From an uncultured bacterium (GTDB lineage: Bacteria > Patescibacteriota > Gracilibacteria > UBA1369 > PNNO01), in the NCBI GenBank assembly GCA_963704705.1, contig OY969931.1, positions 1,020,001 to 1,052,000 of the forward strand: a stretch of 32,000 nucleotides of DNA. Direction: 5' to 3'. A program made the translations under genes and the position numbers. This document shows, one piece after another, positions 29,680 to 32,000 of this stretch (the stretch's first letter is position 1; each line of letters starts with the position of its first letter). The notes beneath the pieces are model-generated. The model was not told the origin of the DNA. It saw only the letters and a list, made by a program, of their open reading frames with translations, and ran no database searches.

Positions 29680-31614
29680 TTAGATAGCCACTTCGTACAA
29701 TTTCTGAGAATCCAATAGATATAATCTGTTGGAATCCTTATCAAAATAAATATCTCTTACATCATTTAAACCATCAAATACAAATTGAGAATTATAAACT
29801 ACTCCTTCACCCTCTGGATCTTTATCAAGCATAATCACGCGATTTTTAGAAGGTTCCAAAATAAATATTCTATTTAAATCAAGTTCCGTATAAATTTTTG
29901 TAGGCGATGAAATTGGATCAAGCGGAGCCTTGGCAATAGTTAAGAAAGTAGGTACTCCCCTGTCAAATCTTATTAAACTTCCGTCGTCTGTAATTACATA
30001 AATGTATCCATCAATCGCCAAATCAACGAAATTAGATCCAAATTCGCCTTCGGCTATATAACTTTCAGCACCAGAATAACCTTCTCGTTTCTTGTTATAT
30101 CTCCAAATTTGCTTTTCAGCACTATCAAGCAGATACATTCTTCCGTTATAGGAAGCAACTGCTACAGAACTATGGAATTGGCCGTCTTCTGTATCCATAA
30201 ACTGAAATTGACCGTTTGAATAAGTAATAACTCTGCCTGATTTTGTTAAGAAAATAAGAGAATCATTATCATCATCCCAAGTACCATCAATAACTGCCTC
30301 GTTATCATCAATAGTTAAAGGGTCTTCAATTTTATCGAGCAAAATTTCATATAATGCATTGTATTCATAAGCAAAAATACTGCCTGAATATGGAATTAAA
30401 CCTAGTGCGCTAACATTATCGCGTTTAGTTGTTAAATCAGCTACAACTTTTGGATCAGTTACATAAGTTATATTATCAAGTTTGGTTTTTTCTTCCTGAA
30501 TCAATCCTAAAAGCTCGCTTGCTTTACTTCTGTGGTATCCGGAATTTAATACATCAACAGCTTTTGATTCCGCATCTGTTAAAATATCGGAAGCTGCATC
30601 TTTATTGCTTATTCCGCGAAGTGAAGCAGTGTTTATTTCTTCTTCCACTTGTGTCAAAACTTCATCAAGACGATCAATTTCACGTTGATTTGCAGTATTA
30701 TTTTTTACAAACCAAATAACAGCTGTAAGTAAAATAATCACCACGATCAAAAGTGCCAAAATTTTATCTTTTGTCATCTGTCTGCTCGTCATTCCTTTTA
30801 AAAGCGTATTCAAATAACGCATTGATTTGTCACTGATACCCTTAACAGCACCATGAACTCTGTTAGGTTTTGATTTAATTCTTTTTGCCAATGATGGTTT
30901 TTCATCTTCAAGATATTCACGTACACCTTTTTTTTCATTGTCTGATAATTCACTTAATCCTTCATGAAATACCATTCCGATTAATCCAATTTTACTTAAT
31001 ATTTCAGGAGTAAGTGCATCTTTCAAATCACTTAAAGATTCAACCAAATCCTGAGGATTTAATGTATTTATAAAGTCAGACTTTGAAATATATCTCAATA
31101 AACGAGTTGTTGCCAAAACAACAAAATCGCCCGGTTCCAATGAACCGCTCGCAATATTACTGAATGTTTCTTCTGATTTTGAATTCGGATCTGATAGTCC
31201 TTCTGAAATAACAGAGCAATATCTTTTACGAACCAAATAAGCTTCTGCATCGCCTGTTTGAGACAAATGTAGTTCGTCACCAACAACAATGCCAATTATT
31301 ACATGAAGATTCCCAATAAATTTTGAGACAGTTTCTTCTTTAAATGCATTAATTTGAGAATTGACTTCTTTAAGCGCATCCTCAAACCTTTCGTAAGGGT
31401 CTTTTTCCAAATCCGAGAAAAATATCTTACGTGCCGAATCAAAAATTGTTTCAGCAATTACTTCTGCATCAGCAGGATTATTTTGAATTTCAACAGTAAC
31501 AAATAGTTGGCCGGCTGCTTCTTCGCCTTCTCCTAAATCGTAAGCATAGTTCTCGAGAAAGCTGCCTTCCTCCTTACCAACAAATAGAAATTCAAATTGA
31601 TTTCTGAGTTTCAT
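29680..31614 (-). CDS. Membrane protein with N-terminal degenerate PP2C-like domain, TM helix and C-terminal beta-propeller-like repeats
   Basis: PP2C-like GNLHVIIGIVVGDELHLSQTGDAEAYLVRKR...LEPGDFVVLATTRLLRYIS; TM ILALLIVVIILLTAVIWFV; propeller-like NDSLIFLTKSGRVITYSNGQF..., NGRMYLLDSAEKQIWRY, DGYIYVITDDGSLIRFD. Confidence 0.65.
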   Translation of the reverse strand: MKLRNQFEFLFVGKEEGSFLENYAYDLGEGEEAAGQLFVTVEIQNNPADAEVIAETIFDSARKIFFSDLEKDPYERFEDALKEVNSQINAFKEETVSKFIGNLHVIIGIVVGDELHLSQTGDAEAYLVRKRYCSVISEGLSDPNSKSEETFSNIASGSLEPGDFVVLATTRLLRYISKSDFINTLNPQDLVESLSDLKDALTPEILSKIGLIGMVFHEGLSELSDNEKKGVREYLEDEKPSLAKRIKSKPNRVHGAVKGISDKSMRYLNTLLKGMTSRQMTKDKILALLIVVIILLTAVIWFVKNNTANQREIDRLDEVLTQVEEEINTASLRGISNKDAASDILTDAESKAVDVLNSGYHRSKASELLGLIQEEKTKLDNITYVTDPKVVADLTTKRDNVSALGLIPYSGSIFAYEYNALYEILLDKIEDPLTIDDNEAVIDGTWDDDNDSLIFLTKSGRVITYSNGQFQFMDTEDGQFHSSVAVASYNGRMYLLDSAEKQIWRYNKKREGYSGAESYIAEGEFGSNFVDLAIDGYIYVITDDGSLIRFDRGVPTFLTIAKAPLDPISSPTKIYTELDLNRIFILEPSKNRVIMLDKDPEGEGVVYNSQFVFDGLNDVRDIYFDKDSNRLYLLDSQKLYEVAI

Positions 31615-31717
31615 TTTAAAATGATTAGACGTCTATCTAAATGTTCTTGTCAAATTTACCGCAAATTACTCTTAAGTTCAAGAAAATGTTTTTATTTTGG
31701 TACTTTTCATAAATAGA

Positions 31718-31999
31718 TTATTCAGTAGCATGTATTGTTCTTAAAATTTTACTTATACATTCCTTTAAATGATCTCTTCTATTATAACAACTATTAATTT
31801 CTCTTTTATAAAAATCTCGTTCTTGTTTAACTGACTTGCTTTCTTATAAAATTTTACGTTTCTTCTTTTCTAAATCATTTGATTTTCTATGAATTTTATC
31901 TTCCATTGAATGTAATTCACTTTTAGCATTAAATATTGAAACAATTCCGAGAATCATAGGGATTGCAGCTATAACAAATGCTAATATTACAGCTCTTCT
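31718..31999 (-). pseudogene. C-terminal portion of a TM/coiled-coil protein with in-frame TAA (partial, off the right edge)
   Basis: Minus reading RRAVILAFVIAAIPMILGIVSIFNAKSELHSMEDKIHRKSNDLEKKKRKIL*ESKSVKQERDFYKREINSCYNRRDHLKECISKILRTIHATE*; stop at 31846-31844. Confidence 0.35.
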
Positions 32000-32000
32000 G

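Noticed and set aside
1-32000. Alternative genetic code (UGA = Gly, as in some CPR lineages)
   Set aside because: Conserved genes are intact with the standard code and TGA serves as a genuine stop at ATGA overlaps (RNHCP/tilS, pta/ackA).
1-32000. CRISPR array, prophage, transposon or defence island
   Set aside because: No regularly spaced direct repeats, cas, integrase, transposase or phage genes seen; content is mostly housekeeping.

Overview
AT-rich bacterial chromosomal window, densely packed and read with the standard code (TGA is used as a stop, e.g. the RNHCP/tilS and pta/ackA ATGA overlaps). Gene content suggests a Patescibacteria/CPR-type genome, possibly Peregrinibacteria-like; this is inferred, not tested. 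Contents in order: metG (partial); a minus-strand type IV pilus/T2SS-like cluster (two PilO/PilN-like proteins, PilC/GspF, four prepilin-like proteins); RNHCP protein, tilS, ftsH, hsp20, galU, a TPR protein; RNase P RNA; a polyprenyl-phosphate sugar transferase; secA; galE; ftsK; gltX; small proteins and a PHP-domain protein; pta-ackA-AMP phosphorylase-R15P isomerase; an MGDG-synthase-like glycosyltransferase; and a degenerate PP2C/TM/beta-propeller protein. The most unusual signals are: (1) a GC-rich, heavily self-complementary, apparently non-coding locus of about 500-580 bp between ftsK and gltX, with an intrinsic terminator and candidate promoter on the minus strand; (2) a repeat-like insertion in a variable arm of RNase P RNA whose sequence recurs inverted directly upstream of the secA start codon; (3) a prepilin gene split by a one-base frameshift; (4) an archaeal-type AMP/R15P pathway module coupled to pta-ackA. 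No CRISPR array, tRNA, rRNA or transposase was recognised.
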